Program-made: the position numbers and the translations under genes
The notes under the pieces: model-generated
Told to the model about the DNA's origin: nothing
Database searches by the model: none
Seen by the model: the letters and a program-made list of their open reading frames with translations, nothing else
In this document: positions 63,070-64,000 of the stretch, piece by piece
Layout of the letters: each line of letters begins with the position of its first letter
How positions within the stretch are numbered: position 1 is the stretch's first letter
NCBI RefSeq assembly: GCF_001194135.2
Contig: NC_068989.1
Location: forward strand, 38,431,766 to 38,495,765
DNA: 64,000 bases
Reading direction: 5' to 3'
Source: Octopus bimaculoides
Lineage: Eukaryota

Positions 63070-64000
63070 ACACACACACACACATCATCATCATCTTTTA
63101 ACGTCTGTTGTCCATGCTGGCATGGATTGGATGGTTTGACCGGGCTGGCATGCTGGTATGACATGATTTGGCATGGTTTTCTATGGTTGGATGCCCTTCC
63201 GAATGCCAACCACGCTGAGAGTGTAATGGATGCTTTTATATGCTACGAGTACAGGTGCCATTTGCATGACACCAGAGTGCTTTTATGTTCCACTGGCACA
63301 GGTACCAATTTGTGTGACACCAGTATCTGCCACAACTGCTATTTTGCTCAGCTTGATGAGTCTTCTTCTCAAGCACAACGTAATGCCAAAGGTCTTGGTT
63401 AATGACTCCATGAATCCCAACACTCAAAAGGAATTCAACCACTTTGCCTCTGTGAGGCCTAACGCTTGAAAGAAATTCAGCCACATTGCCTCCACGAGGC
63501 TCAACACTCGATAGGTACTCAGCCATTTTTCCTCCGTGAGGCCCAACACTCAAAAGGTATTCTTTACATACTACCAGCATGGGTACACTTGGCTTGACAG
63601 GTCCTCCCAAACAGCACATCATCAAAGGTCTTGGTCACTAGTCATTGCCTCTGTGAGGCTTAAAGTTCGAAGATCATGCTTCACCACCTCGTTCCATGTC
63701 TTCTCATGTCTACCTCTACCACAAGTTCACTCCGCAGTTAGAAATCGGCACTTCTTTACACAGCTGTCCTCATCCATATGCACCACATGACCATACCAGC
63801 ACAGTCATCTCTCTTGCATACCACATCTGATGCCTTTTATTCCTCATTTTTCTCTCAAGATACTTACACACTGTTGAACATGTACATTGACATTGCACAT
63901 CCAGCGAAGCATACTGGCTTCATTTATTTCAAGCCTACGCATGTCCTCAGCTGTCAAAGCCCATGTTTCACTGCCATGCAGCATAGCTGTTTGCATGCAG
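63070..64000 (-). mobile_element. RTE LINE 3' end (ORF C-terminus plus 3' UTR with tandem repeats), continuing beyond the window
   Basis: MLHGSETWALTAEDMRRLE...MLRWMC...WYGHV..M...CGRGR...TWNEVVKHDL; 3' end (GAT)n. Confidence 0.9.

Overview
This is AT-rich, repeat-dense eukaryotic DNA from a draft scaffold with six N gaps. The SINE families, (TA)n/(CA)n/(TAA)n load and RTE-type (GAT)n tails resemble an octopus (coleoid cephalopod) genome, which is an inference from pattern recognition, not a database result. I recognise no intact host protein-coding gene; most long ORFs in the track are microsatellite or N-run artefacts. Recognisable coding remnants are all transposon-derived: a Tc1 DD34E transposase (12564-13760), a maT/DD37D-like transposase (51.8-52.5 kb), three R4/Dong-like REL retrotransposon fragments (27.3-29.3, 57.9-58.4, 58.7-59.4 kb), RTE LINE fragments (32.8, 52.7, 63-64 kb), a very decayed CR1-group LINE (38-40.7 kb) and several Penelope-like (PLE) fragments. 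The best leads are four. (1) Four different PLE-type minimal hammerhead-ribozyme motifs, one of them inside a tRNA-headed SINE present as a head-to-head inverted pair (13760-14255). (2) An old ~1.77-kb tandem duplication in which both copies keep a 12-nt microexon-like unit (GT donor versus GC donor) and an upstream hairpin. (3) Repeated antiparallel SINE/Dong junctions in (TAA)n tracts. (4) Many long foldback elements. Boundaries of decayed repeats are approximate, and no searches or folding programs were run.
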